Assembly: GCA_003170415.1 (NCBI GenBank) | Contig: PMZJ01000041.1 | Location: 22,520 to 86,519, forward strand | Length of the DNA stretch: 64,000 bases | Reading direction: 5' to 3' | From: Phycisphaerales bacterium | GTDB lineage: Bacteria > Planctomycetota > Phycisphaerae > Sedimentisphaerales > Anaerobacaceae | Part shown: positions 39,014-49,146 of the stretch, in pieces | Layout of the letters: each line of letters begins with the position of its first letter | Numbering within the stretch: position 1 is the first letter of the stretch | Notes under the pieces: generated by a model | What the model was told of the DNA's origin: nothing | Databases searched by the model: none | Seen by the model: only the letters and a program-made list of their open reading frames with translations | Made by a program: the position numbers and the translations under genes

Positions 39014-40672
39014 TTACTTCTTGCCTTGTTTGGCCAGCAACAACGCAAGGTTGCTCCGGGCTAATTCATAATCCGGTTTTATTTTTAGCGCTTTTCTATA
39101 ATATATCTCTGCCTTAACAAAGTTGCTTTTTTTTTCGTATGCAGCCCCCAGCTGATTATACATCTCATGTATATTGGGCCAGTCGGCTCTTTCCTGTAAT
39201 GCTTTGGTAAAGCAGTCAATGGCTTCGTCAAACTTGTTTTGCGACAAAAGCGTAGCACAAAAAGACTTCCGTGCATTAAGAGCTCCTGGGCAAATACGCA
39301 GAGTTTCTTGAAAGCACCGGATTCCTTCATCATATTGCCCCTGTTCGCAAAGATAACCCCCATAAAGTTCAAGGACAACGTAGTTATTTTGAGTGACATT
39401 AAGAGCTCGGTTGAACAGAGTGGGTGCGTCACGCCAGTATCCCACCTGAATCCGCGTCAAAATTACCATAGCAATCAACACCAAGGACGCCATTGATGTC
39501 AGTATCGATTTTGAGTAATGCATCTTTGAAAAGATTTCCTCTGCACCCCATGCTATGATGATAAGGATGCCTATCACAGGCAGGTACATATATCGGTCAG
39601 CCATCATCTGTGATCCTGACTGCACCAGCCCAATTACCGGCACTAACGTCCCCAGATACCATAAAAGCCCCACGACCAGCCACGGTCGCCCCCGGCCATA
39701 TAAATATAGCAGCAGCACCACTCCCATAACCGCCAGAGCCGCGGAATCTATCACACCTTTCTCCTGAATCGGATAAAAAAACGCCAGGTTCTTTGGAAGA
39801 AGTATTTTTACAATGTAGTTAAAATAAGAACTCGTTGCGTTTATTACACGGAAATGCAATGGGATGGCCTTAAGGCTTATTATGGAATCGCCTTGCTGCT
39901 GGACAACAAATGTGATTATGCTGGTAATAGCTGACAGCACAAAGAGGGGAATTTTTTCTATTATTAACCGGCTCATCGGCACGGTTTTCTCGACAGGGGT
40001 GCCTTTCAGGTTAAGTCGTTCAAGCGGCCAGTAGTCCAGCAAAAGCAGCACAAACGGCAGTGTCACTACAATCGGCTTGGTCATAATACACAGGCCGTAG
40101 ATTAAAAACAGCAATGTATATCGCCTGATACCCGGTCTCTTTGTGTACCAAATATAGACAGCCATTGTGAGGAACCAGAAAAGGCCGCTTAACACCGTTT
40201 TTCTTTCGGCTGCCCATGCGACCGACTCCACCTGAATCGGGTGCAGTGCAAATACCGCCGCCACAAATGCACTTGGCCAAATTCTTCCTGTCAAGTTATT
40301 TAGAATCCAAAAAAGAAGCAGAGCGTTAACTATATGAATCCCAACGCTGACTAAATGATGTCCCAGGGGTGTTAGCCCGAAAAACTCGTAATCAAGCATA
40401 TGACTGATTGTCGTCAAGGGATGCCACATATGAGCTTGTGGTTTTGTGAATGCCCTGCCGAGTGATTGCCAGTTTAGACCAGCTTTTATATCCGGATTTT
40501 TGGTGATATATACATCATCGTCAAAGTAGACGAAGCCATTGTGCCGTATCGGCTCGTATGCTGCAAGCGTACCTGCAGCAAGCCCAATGCATATGAGCAG
40601 CTTTATCCAGTTTCTGCGATGTTCTGCATTTACAACATCTAACCCTAATTCGGTAGAATCTTTTTTTGCCAT
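39014..40672 (-). CDS. TMTC-like GT-C membrane glycosyltransferase with C-terminal TPRs
   Basis: FVYFDDDVY, WHPLT, FALHPIQVESVAW, ADRYMYLP; about 11 TMs; TPR tail. Confidence 0.82.
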   Translation of the reverse strand: MAKKDSTELGLDVVNAEHRRNWIKLLICIGLAAGTLAAYEPIRHNGFVYFDDDVYITKNPDIKAGLNWQSLGRAFTKPQAHMWHPLTTISHMLDYEFFGLTPLGHHLVSVGIHIVNALLLFWILNNLTGRIWPSAFVAAVFALHPIQVESVAWAAERKTVLSGLFWFLTMAVYIWYTKRPGIRRYTLLFLIYGLCIMTKPIVVTLPFVLLLLDYWPLERLNLKGTPVEKTVPMSRLIIEKIPLFVLSAITSIITFVVQQQGDSIISLKAIPLHFRVINATSSYFNYIVKILLPKNLAFFYPIQEKGVIDSAALAVMGVVLLLYLYGRGRPWLVVGLLWYLGTLVPVIGLVQSGSQMMADRYMYLPVIGILIIIAWGAEEIFSKMHYSKSILTSMASLVLIAMVILTRIQVGYWRDAPTLFNRALNVTQNNYVVLELYGGYLCEQGQYDEGIRCFQETLRICPGALNARKSFCATLLSQNKFDEAIDCFTKALQERADWPNIHEMYNQLGAAYEKKSNFVKAEIYYRKALKIKPDYELARSNLALLLAKQGKK

Positions 40673-40998
40673 AAGATGTAATTTAACTTTTCGCCTTTTG
40701 CCCCCAGGCAAAGGTGAATATCATTATACACTTCAGGGCTTGAAAGGGAAATGGGACAGTAATCGTTTTTTATTCAGTGTTCTCTGCGGTTACAATACTC
40801 TTTAATGCCGTGGGTAATTCAACGCAAGGGTATAATACACATTCTAATTATTTCTCGCGATATCATAGGTTGCCGTTTTAGGGCGGGGCAAACGCCGCCC
40901 TAAAAAAACCTGCCATTGGGATGCTGAATGTCTGCCTCACCGTTGGCAGGCGAGACCTCACCAAGGCGGGTTGGACGTTCGGCGTTTTTCCTTTACAT

Positions 40999-41038
40999 AA
41001 AAAAGCCGGGGCCTGCTTTTTCAAGCAGGCCCCGGTTT
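40999..41038 (-). terminator. Intrinsic terminator of PEP-CTERM gene 1
   Basis: ccggggcctgctt/aagcaggccccgg stem followed by a U-tract on the minus strand. Confidence 0.85.
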
Positions 41039-41075
41039 AATACTACTTTGTAAACTTATGCCTTGTCGGCAGAAA

Positions 41076-41708
41076 TTATTTCTTCCTGCGGATCAAAGCC
41101 AGACCGCCGAGTCCGAGCAACGCCATTGTCGCCGGCTCCGGTGTTAACTGAAGGTTGTCAATGTAATAAATCGCGCTGCCCATGCTGCTATCATGTGAAT
41201 AGCTGTTCTGGTAGAGGATGATCTGAGCCCAACCGCCGGAAGGACCCGTCATTAAGCTGCTGAAATCCCATTTAAGGTGCTCTGTGAAATCCTGCCCCGT
41301 TTCACCTGTACCACCGCCCCAATACCAGGAGCCAATATCAACCTGTTGCCAGCCAGTTCCACCGCTGTTAATAGTAAGGCCAAACTGGAAGCCATTATCG
41401 CCTGACCAGTCCGCGCCCACTACGGTGACGTCCATCTCCATTGTTGTCAAACCAGCATCAAGCTGAGAACCAGTTGGATTGCCACTAATGGCTGCAACCT
41501 GACCAATGAATCCCCAACCTGTGGCGCATACGATGCCATCGCTGTACGTCCCATCTGTAACACCAGTGGTCTGTCCTGGAACAATCGCCGCGCCCCAACT
41601 GGATATCTCACCATTCGTGGGATCTTCCCAGCTTGTAACAAGCACGCCAGCGAAGCTGACAGAGGCCATAGCCAAAACAAGACAAATTGCTACTAATTTT
41701 CTACTCAT
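41076..41708 (-). CDS. PEP-CTERM sorting domain protein
   Basis: Signal peptide; TPEPATMALLGLGGLALIRRKK; AAGGAGG RBS. Confidence 0.92.
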   Translation of the reverse strand: MSRKLVAICLVLAMASVSFAGVLVTSWEDPTNGEISSWGAAIVPGQTTGVTDGTYSDGIVCATGWGFIGQVAAISGNPTGSQLDAGLTTMEMDVTVVGADWSGDNGFQFGLTINSGGTGWQQVDIGSWYWGGGTGETGQDFTEHLKWDFSSLMTGPSGGWAQIILYQNSYSHDSSMGSAIYYIDNLQLTPEPATMALLGLGGLALIRRKK

Positions 41709-41991
41709 ATTCTACTCCTCCTTCTTCGTTGTTATCACTTTCTTGTTCGTTAATCCCAGCCACAAGCCGGGATATTCGTTGCCCTCGACAAACTCACTCT
41801 CTACTTTGATTTTGTCTCGAACAACAACAAGCACTACGTTTTGACTTTCACCTTTTTATAACCTCGTGCTTGCCTAACGTTAAATAAAGCGACAACTTCT
41901 GCACTTCATTTATTCACTTTTCAATTGGCTTAACCCTCCTCCAAGAGGGAGCCACTTCTACACACGTATGCGGTAACTCTTGACAATCGTT

Positions 41992-42021
41992 AGAATACCA
42001 CATTTGCTATCTGTATGTCAA
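41992..42021 (-). promoter_or_regulatory. Sigma70-like promoter for PEP-CTERM gene 1
   Basis: TTGACA-N18-TATTCT with an extended -10 TG. Confidence 0.6.
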
Positions 42022-42084
42022 GAGAAATTATTATGGGATGCAAAAAAAAGTCATAGGCCTTGCTGTGTTGCGTAACTGCTGTAT

Positions 42085-42097
42085 TATCAAGAAGTTA
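42085..42097. promoter_or_regulatory. IHF-like binding site
   Basis: TATCAAGAAGTTA matches WATCAANNNNTTR; variant TACCAAGCGGTTA at the equivalent position upstream of paralogue 2. Confidence 0.4.
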
Positions 42098-42186
42098 TGC
42101 GATATAGCATTACGTATCAAATTGGGCGATTTGCGTTGTTTCGGTAAATATCAGTATCAATACTGAAACGCTGTCTCTGTTTCCAC

Positions 42187-42224
42187 AAAAACAAGGGCCT
42201 GCTTTTTCAAGCAGGCCCCGGTTT
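42187..42224 (-). terminator. Intrinsic terminator of PEP-CTERM gene 2
   Basis: gggcctgctttttcaagcaggccccggttt, identical core to the terminator of gene 1. Confidence 0.8.
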
Positions 42225-42257
42225 GATACTATCTTATGCTTTACGGAAGAACAGTAC

Positions 42258-42776
42258 TTATTTCTTTCTGCGAATCAAAGCCAGTCCGCCAAGGCCCATC
42301 AGGGCCATTGTCGCCGGCTCAGGAGTTAACCTCAGGTTGCTAAGGTACAGAGTGCACTGTGAATTCAGGTCATCGGTTGAGTAGCTGTTCTCGATGAAGG
42401 TTGCTTGAGCCCAGGTGCAGGAAGAACCTGCCTTAAACGCACCGTAATCAAATGTGGCCATAATCGTCCTGTCACCGTCGGCAGAGTTCCACCAAGGCGT
42501 ACAGTCGGCCTTCTCTTGCCAGCCGGTCAAATCGCTGTTAAGGGCAAAGCCAAACTGGAAGCCGGTATCGCCTGGCCAATCGGCAGACAATGAGGTGACA
42601 TCAACACTTATTTTTGTATTGGCCATAAAATCGGCAGGATTGAGATTCACTTGTCCGAGGGTTCCAAAGCCGATCGGCCCCACAGCCCAGCCGGGGTCTG
42701 GAAGAATGACCATATTGCCGTAGCCGGTTGAAACAAGGAACAATACCAAACAAACAGAAATGATTAATCTACTCAT
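42258..42776 (-). CDS. PEP-CTERM sorting domain protein (paralogue of 41076..41708)
   Basis: TPEPATMALMGLGGLALIRRKK; shared DW.GD.GFQFG...NS...GWQ and NSYS.D segments. Confidence 0.92.
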   Translation of the reverse strand: MSRLIISVCLVLFLVSTGYGNMVILPDPGWAVGPIGFGTLGQVNLNPADFMANTKISVDVTSLSADWPGDTGFQFGFALNSDLTGWQEKADCTPWWNSADGDRTIMATFDYGAFKAGSSCTWAQATFIENSYSTDDLNSQCTLYLSNLRLTPEPATMALMGLGGLALIRRKK

Positions 42777-42878
42777 ACTCTACTCCTCCTTCTTCTTTAA
42801 GTTCTTCACCCTTTTTCTCTTTTACTGAGTTATCCCTGCTTTCTATCAGGGATATACTAACTCCTCATTACTCAGTCG

Positions 42879-42908
42879 ATTTTAGCTGCCTTGGCCGCTA
42901 AATGTCAA
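42879..42908 (-). promoter_or_regulatory. Sigma70-like promoter for PEP-CTERM gene 2
   Basis: TTGACA-N18-TAAAAT. Confidence 0.6.
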
Positions 42909-43062
42909 GAAAATTATGGGACGAAGCGTTTTTTTGGGGGGGTAACGCAACATTCCGTAATCGTAGTATTACCAAGCGGTTAGGCGCTGTAATGCCACGT
43001 AGAAAACACATTGATTCAGCCAATTAACGGGCTAAAATCCATATTTTCCTAAGATTCCAGGT

Positions 43063-45507
43063 TTAATCCTGGGGATAAATGATAATCCTGTCGTGGATAA
43101 TGGTTACCAGGTCGGCTTTGCCGTCGCCCGTCACGTCGGCGACCTTCATTTGTCGCGGCTCTACTATCGGCGCCTGCGGCCTGGATTCTCGGTAGGTCTT
43201 GTCTTCGAATGTCTTGAATCGCATCGCCGGGACGGGTTTGCCCGCCGAGTCAAGGGCCAATATTTCGATATGGTTATGTTTGTATTCTACCAGTATGATA
43301 TCGGTCCGTTTGTCGCCGTTTATATCGCCCGTTGTAAGGTTGCCGTAAGCGCCGTCCTTTATCTTTGTTTCGTAACTGAATTTTTGTTCGAGTCGATACC
43401 GATTTGTTTTGCCTCCCGGCGGAATAACAATGCCGAATTTTTCGCCGTCAAACAGCAGGATATCATCAGGGCCGCCGCCGGTGAGGGATGCAATCAGCAT
43501 TTTGACGCCGGAGGCGGCGTTCCACGTTCCGACGTCCAGCTCTTTGTCGAAGCGATACGTTTTGTCTGTGCCCGGTGTAAGAATTTGCAGCCGGCCCTTT
43601 GGGCCATCCAATAACAGTATCGCTTTGCTGTCTTTTGCGCCGTCAACCTTCATCTTTGCCGCGGCTACAGCCGAGATACGATTCTCGGCGCTTTTGGCAT
43701 TATACTGGTCGAGGACCGTCCATTCACCGCCTGTGAATGTCATACTTCTGGCAAAATTGTTTTGCGCTACCAAAAGCTCTTCGCCTGGTTTACCATCAGT
43801 ATCAGCCAAATAAACGGAGCGAAGAGTCGCTTCTTTTATCAAGCTTGTCTGTGCCTTTGGCGAATCGACGACCTCGAATTTCCGTTTTTGGGTCTGGCGA
43901 ACCAGTATGGGCAGCTCATATTTGACAAAAATAAGCACGTCTTTTAAGCCATCGTGGTCAACATCGATAACCTTGATTGCCTGTGGATTAGTGGCGAGCT
44001 GCGGAAGCTCGACCGCGAGGGTATCATTGGCGTCGGCTTTTGCCACGTTATAGATTATCCGAAGCGACCTTGTATCCGACTGTGAGCGACAGACATATAC
44101 GCAATCAGCCGACTTGTCGTTGTCTATATCGCTTAATTCCATAGCAAGCGGCTCACCTGTCAAATCGACTGCTTTCGGGAAGGTCAATCGTCCCGCATCG
44201 AATTTACTTATGCCGATTGCTTTTTCCTTTATGCTCAGGACGCCAAGCTCAGTTTTGCCGTCGCCGTCTATATCCGCGGCTGATAGGGCGTCGGCCTCGG
44301 CCAAACTCGGGAATCTCGCCGGCTCCGCCAGTCCAACTCCGGCTACTTGTTTGTACCAGATAATTTCCGCCGCACCGGGGTCGCTTACGACCACGTCCGA
44401 AAGTCCGTCGCCGTCAAAATCACCGACTACGAGGTCTCGTTTTTCGCTGTCCTGTCCTGCCGCGAGGGGATAAAATAGCACTGGCCAGTCATCGCTCTGC
44501 GAACTGTCCGCGACCAATTTATAGCAGGCCAATCGTCTGCTTATAGCGTCAATCGCAACTATCTCTTTGCCTTCTTTGCCGCCCATGTTGGCAAGCTCCA
44601 TCGCCAGAGGCATTTCAGATAACAGACGCATTTCGGGTCCTAACTGGTTATTTTTTTGCCCGAGGCGGACGTGAATTGGCCTCTCGGCATCGTCTGTAAC
44701 AATCAGCAGGTCGTTTATGCCGTTGCCGGTGAGGTCGCCGACCTCGGCACCGATGATTCGGGCAGCAGCGGGATACTTGACCGGCTCGCCTAGAGTACCA
44801 TCTTTCTTTTGGAGCACGACGTATATAGCATCCCTTCCAACCACAATGAGGTCTTTTTTGCCGTCGTTGTCTATATCCTCACAAATAAGGGCATTCTCAT
44901 TAGGCAGGGCATCGTCGATATTGATGCGTTTGACCGGCTGCCAGGTTAACGTTTTCGACTTGTGTTTTTCTTTTTGCGGTTTCTGTAACAATATATAGAG
45001 GCCTCGCGGCTCGCCATAGTACGCCAAATCAATCAGTCCGTCGCCGTTCAGGTCGCCGGAAACCATACTGTATATCCGCTGCGAGACAGGCACGGTTTGC
45101 CTGGCAAATCGACTCGGGCCAACCAAAGCGTTGATATCAATGTCATTGGGGTCAACGGCCACGTCTTGTTCCTGGGGGCCGATGGAATCCTTTTGAAGCA
45201 GAATCTCTATCGCGGCTTTTCGGTTGTTGGCCACGGCAATATCGTTCCGACCGTCGCCGTCAAAATCGGCAACCTGCAAATTACTAATACCCCAGTCCAG
45301 CTTGATGATTTCCATCTCGCCGAATCCGTAGTATTCGCTGATGCCGTTTGCGTCCGGCTGATTAGCGTCCCGAACCGGCTGCTCTTTAACAGGTTTACTT
45401 ATGCCTGCCGTTGCTATCGTAAGGCATAATAATATGATTGTGCCCTTAATCGTTCGCACTGGATATCTCCATACAAAGTTTCGTATATAACCCATAAATA
45501 ACTGCAC
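43063..45507 (-). CDS. FG-GAP/VCBS repeat secreted protein (start uncertain)
   Basis: Many DxDGDGxxD calcium-blade motifs; signal-like hydrophobic segment. Confidence 0.85.
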   Translation of the reverse strand: MQLFMGYIRNFVWRYPVRTIKGTIILLCLTIATAGISKPVKEQPVRDANQPDANGISEYYGFGEMEIIKLDWGISNLQVADFDGDGRNDIAVANNRKAAIEILLQKDSIGPQEQDVAVDPNDIDINALVGPSRFARQTVPVSQRIYSMVSGDLNGDGLIDLAYYGEPRGLYILLQKPQKEKHKSKTLTWQPVKRINIDDALPNENALICEDIDNDGKKDLIVVGRDAIYVVLQKKDGTLGEPVKYPAAARIIGAEVGDLTGNGINDLLIVTDDAERPIHVRLGQKNNQLGPEMRLLSEMPLAMELANMGGKEGKEIVAIDAISRRLACYKLVADSSQSDDWPVLFYPLAAGQDSEKRDLVVGDFDGDGLSDVVVSDPGAAEIIWYKQVAGVGLAEPARFPSLAEADALSAADIDGDGKTELGVLSIKEKAIGISKFDAGRLTFPKAVDLTGEPLAMELSDIDNDKSADCVYVCRSQSDTRSLRIIYNVAKADANDTLAVELPQLATNPQAIKVIDVDHDGLKDVLIFVKYELPILVRQTQKRKFEVVDSPKAQTSLIKEATLRSVYLADTDGKPGEELLVAQNNFARSMTFTGGEWTVLDQYNAKSAENRISAVAAAKMKVDGAKDSKAILLLDGPKGRLQILTPGTDKTYRFDKELDVGTWNAASGVKMLIASLTGGGPDDILLFDGEKFGIVIPPGGKTNRYRLEQKFSYETKIKDGAYGNLTTGDINGDKRTDIILVEYKHNHIEILALDSAGKPVPAMRFKTFEDKTYRESRPQAPIVEPRQMKVADVTGDGKADLVTIIHDRIIIYPQD

Positions 45508-45739
45508 CAGTCACTATACACTGCATAGAGATATTCGCAAGAGATAGCTAAATGGTTTTCCGGTTTCCTGAACATCGGGTTGTTCCTGAAGGCAAGAGTT
45601 GCCACTGTCAATAGTTCTTTCGCTGTTTTTTCTTGACGATAAACAACAAAAAGGTATAACCAAAGCCGTATTTTGCGAGTAGCAAAAGGCGGCATCACCA
45701 AATGCATTTTATTGCTGAAAAAAACATATCTGATTCAGG

Positions 45740-47641
45740 TTGCATATTGTGAGTGCAGAGCATCGCAAAAAGTGGGTAAAGTTGTTCATATACATTGGGC
45801 TTGTAGCAGGTACATTTGCCGCGTATGAGCCGACATTTCATAACGGCTTCACTTATTACGACGATGATGCGTATATCACCGAAAATTCGCATATAATCCA
45901 AGGGGTAACGCCGGATTCAATTATATGGGCTTTTACCCAGCCGCACGCCTATATGTGGCATCCTCTTACCACGCTAAGCCATATGCTGGATTGCCAGCTT
46001 TTTGGGCTGAATGCGGCCTGGCATCACCTTGTCAGTTTGTTGATTCATATTGTCAACGCCCTGCTTGTTTTTTGGATTTTCACCAATTTGACCGGGGCAA
46101 TCTGGCCCGGCGCAGTCATCGCGGCGGTATTCGCGCTGCACCCGGTGCAGGTAGAATCAGTGGCATGGGCAGCCGAGCGAAAAACAGTGCTAAGCGGACT
46201 GTTCTGGTTTCTAACAATATCCGTTTATATCTGGTACACAAGACGACCATGTATAGGACGATATATATTGCTGTTTCTGGTCTTCGGCCTTTGCATTATG
46301 ACCAAACCGGTTGTTGTAACGCTTCCGTTTGCCCTGCTTTTGCTGGATTACTGGCCTCTTGAAAGAGTCAAATGGAACTCCAGTATTAAACCTTCAACTT
46401 CAATCGCCGAGTCTCCGCAAAAAATATCGGCCGTTCTATTGATAGCAGAAAAAACACCTTTGTTTTTGCTGTCTGCTATTCTGGCCGCGACAACATTCCT
46501 CTTTCAAAAAAGCGGAGATGTAGTCATCTCGCTTGAAAAACTGCCTCTCAACCTCAGAATCGCCAACGTTTTTATTTCCTACATCAAGTATATCGGCAAA
46601 ATAATATGGCCAAGCAAACTGGCTGCCATTTATCCATACTCCAGATTAACTCTTTCAGACCCCGTAGTGATTGTTTGCGATATATTACTTATATTGATAA
46701 CGATTCTCAGTATTTACATCGGTCGCCGTAGGAAATATATACTGGTCGGCTGGCTGTGGTTTGTCGGAACGCTCGTCCCGATGATTGGGCTTATCCAGGC
46801 CGGCTTGCAGCCAATGGCCAACCGGTATATGTATATATCCATTCTGGGTCTGCTTATCATTATCGTATTCGCCGTTAAAGAGCTTGTTGCCGATAAAACC
46901 AGCCGGAAAATTTTTGTTACTGTATCAGCCGCAGGTTTGCTGTTTAGCCTTGGTATTCTCACTAACATGCAGGTTAAACACTGGCAGAGCAGTTTAACGC
47001 TGTTCGAATATACCATTAAAGTAACCGAAAATAATACTATCGCGGAAAACAATTTTGGAAGTGCTTTATTTAGACTTGGGCGATACAACGAAGCCGTGGC
47101 GCATCTAACCAACGCTATTCGGATATGGCCACTCCATTTCAAAGCCCGCAACAATCTCGGGAAGACTTTTCTTAAACAAGGAAAGCTTAACGACGCCATA
47201 GTGTGCTTTGACGAGATTATAAAGCAAAATCCAAAGTATGCAGAGGCCTATTTGAATCTCGCCACAATTTATGCACAACAGGGCAAGTATGACCTGGTAT
47301 TTAGTAATTGCGCCAAAGCCGAAAAACTCAAGCTCAACAAAGTCGAAGAACTCAATAATCTTGCCTGGACACTTGCCACCATCGGGAACCTGCCTTCCGA
47401 GGGCAACGAGAAAGCAATAGAATATGCCCAACGTGCCTGTGAATTGACAGCTTATAAAAACATGCATGTCTTGGATACTTTAGCTGCCGCTTATGCCGCC
47501 TCGGGCAAATTCAACGACGCGATAATGACCGCCGAAAAAGCTTTAAGTCTCGCCAAAACCGCCGGACAGAAGGATACAGCCCGCGAAATGCAGAGCCGGC
47601 TGGAGCTTTATCGGACAAATCGGCCGTATCGTGAAAAGTAA
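45740..47641 (+). CDS. TMTC-like GT-C membrane glycosyltransferase with TPRs (paralogue of 39014..40672)
   Basis: FTYYDDDAY, WHPLT, FALHPVQVESVAWAAERK, NRYMY; TPR tail. Confidence 0.82.
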   Translation: MHIVSAEHRKKWVKLFIYIGLVAGTFAAYEPTFHNGFTYYDDDAYITENSHIIQGVTPDSIIWAFTQPHAYMWHPLTTLSHMLDCQLFGLNAAWHHLVSLLIHIVNALLVFWIFTNLTGAIWPGAVIAAVFALHPVQVESVAWAAERKTVLSGLFWFLTISVYIWYTRRPCIGRYILLFLVFGLCIMTKPVVVTLPFALLLLDYWPLERVKWNSSIKPSTSIAESPQKISAVLLIAEKTPLFLLSAILAATTFLFQKSGDVVISLEKLPLNLRIANVFISYIKYIGKIIWPSKLAAIYPYSRLTLSDPVVIVCDILLILITILSIYIGRRRKYILVGWLWFVGTLVPMIGLIQAGLQPMANRYMYISILGLLIIIVFAVKELVADKTSRKIFVTVSAAGLLFSLGILTNMQVKHWQSSLTLFEYTIKVTENNTIAENNFGSALFRLGRYNEAVAHLTNAIRIWPLHFKARNNLGKTFLKQGKLNDAIVCFDEIIKQNPKYAEAYLNLATIYAQQGKYDLVFSNCAKAEKLKLNKVEELNNLAWTLATIGNLPSEGNEKAIEYAQRACELTAYKNMHVLDTLAAAYAASGKFNDAIMTAEKALSLAKTAGQKDTAREMQSRLELYRTNRPYREK

Positions 47642-47742
47642 GAGTTTCCTCAATCATCAATCATCGATTGTCAATACTCTGGCACTTATCAGCCCGCTAT
47701 GTTATTCTTATTGCACATTAAAAACAGTAAGGGGTTACAGGT

Positions 47743-48723
47743 ATGTCAGAAAGATATGATTGCATAATAATCGGTGCCGGCCCCGCCGGATTGGCCGCCG
47801 GATTATACGTTGCGAGAGACCGGTTCAAAACGCTGCTGCTCGAAAAGTTTGTCCCCGGCGGCCAAATCAACAATACTGACAGAATCGAAAACTATCCCGG
47901 CTTAGAGCGCATAAGCGGCTATGAGCTTATCGAAAAAATGCAAAAGCAGACCATCGCCTTCGGTGGTGAAATCAAAACAGGGTCGGAAGTTACGGCCCTG
48001 AAGAAATTAAGCAGCAGCGACATCGAAATTTCCTGCGATAAAGACAAGTATCTTGCCCGAACGGTCATACTCGCCCCCGGCAGCGACTATCGCAAACTCG
48101 GCGTCCCGGGCGAAGACAAGTTTCGCAATGCCGGTGCGGGCGTAAGCTATTGCGGAACCTGCGATGCGCCTTTTTTTAAGGGCAAATCCGTCGTCGCAAT
48201 CGGGGGAGGCAATACCTCGCTGGAAGAGACGCTGCACCTGTGCAAATTCGCCGCCAAAGTAACGCTGCTCCATCGCAGGGACGAATTCCGCGCAACCAAA
48301 GTCCTGCAGGAAGAGCTTATCGCGAAGACAAAAGAGCCGAATACTAATCTGCTGATTAAATACAGCACCGTGGCGACAGTAATTGACGGCAAAGACAGGG
48401 TCGAATCCGTCCGGCTTAAAAACGTTAAAACAAATAAAGAAGAGGATTACCCCTGCGACGGCGTTTTCATTTTTGTCGGTATGATTCCCAGTACCGGGTT
48501 TCTCAGGGGCTTTGTTGACTTGACCGACGACGGTTTCATCAAGTGCGATTTTGCGCACCTGCGGACAAGTGTCCCTGGTGTATTTGTGGCTGGTGACTGC
48601 CGGGTGGCAGCCGCGATGCAGCTCGCGGCGGCTACAGGTGACGGGGCAAATGCCGCGATGATGCTGAAGAATTATCTCCGCGATTCAAACTGGTGGAATC
48701 AGCCGGTGACCGGGGGACTTTAA
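47743..48723 (+). CDS. trxB: Thioredoxin reductase
   Basis: IIGAGPAG, GVSYCGTCD, IGGGN, HRRDEFRA, GVFVAGD. Confidence 0.93.
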   Translation: MSERYDCIIIGAGPAGLAAGLYVARDRFKTLLLEKFVPGGQINNTDRIENYPGLERISGYELIEKMQKQTIAFGGEIKTGSEVTALKKLSSSDIEISCDKDKYLARTVILAPGSDYRKLGVPGEDKFRNAGAGVSYCGTCDAPFFKGKSVVAIGGGNTSLEETLHLCKFAAKVTLLHRRDEFRATKVLQEELIAKTKEPNTNLLIKYSTVATVIDGKDRVESVRLKNVKTNKEEDYPCDGVFIFVGMIPSTGFLRGFVDLTDDGFIKCDFAHLRTSVPGVFVAGDCRVAAAMQLAAATGDGANAAMMLKNYLRDSNWWNQPVTGGL

Positions 48724-48730
48724 GTTTCGC

Positions 48731-49057
48731 TTAAAGCAGTTCGTCTATCGCCGCGGCGAGGTCTCTTTTGCTGGTCAGGCCGACCCATTTCTTCTGGACC
48801 TGCCCGTCTTTGAATAGGATGATGGTGGGTATCGCGCTTATGCCGAACTCCATAGCACTGTCTCTGGCCTCATCGGTATTGAGCTTGCAGACCTTCGCCT
48901 TGCCTGTGTAATCATTTGCGAACTCCTCTATGATGGGCGCCATCATCCTGCACGGGCCGCACCAGGGCGCCCAGAAATCCACAAGCACGGGCATATCCGA
49001 TTTATGAATGACGTCGTCGAAATCCGCGTCGGTAAGCTCAATCACATTGCCAGCCAT
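48731..49057 (-). CDS. trxA: Thioredoxin
   Basis: DFWAPWCGPC. Confidence 0.96.
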   Translation of the reverse strand: MAGNVIELTDADFDDVIHKSDMPVLVDFWAPWCGPCRMMAPIIEEFANDYTGKAKVCKLNTDEARDSAMEFGISAIPTIILFKDGQVQKKWVGLTSKRDLAAAIDELL

Positions 49058-49146
49058 TACTGACTCCTTTCCCAAATTGGCCTTAGATTTATCTGGATTC
49101 TATAGAGTTGGCCAACCACTGTCAAACGCTTATTACGTTTTTCTGC

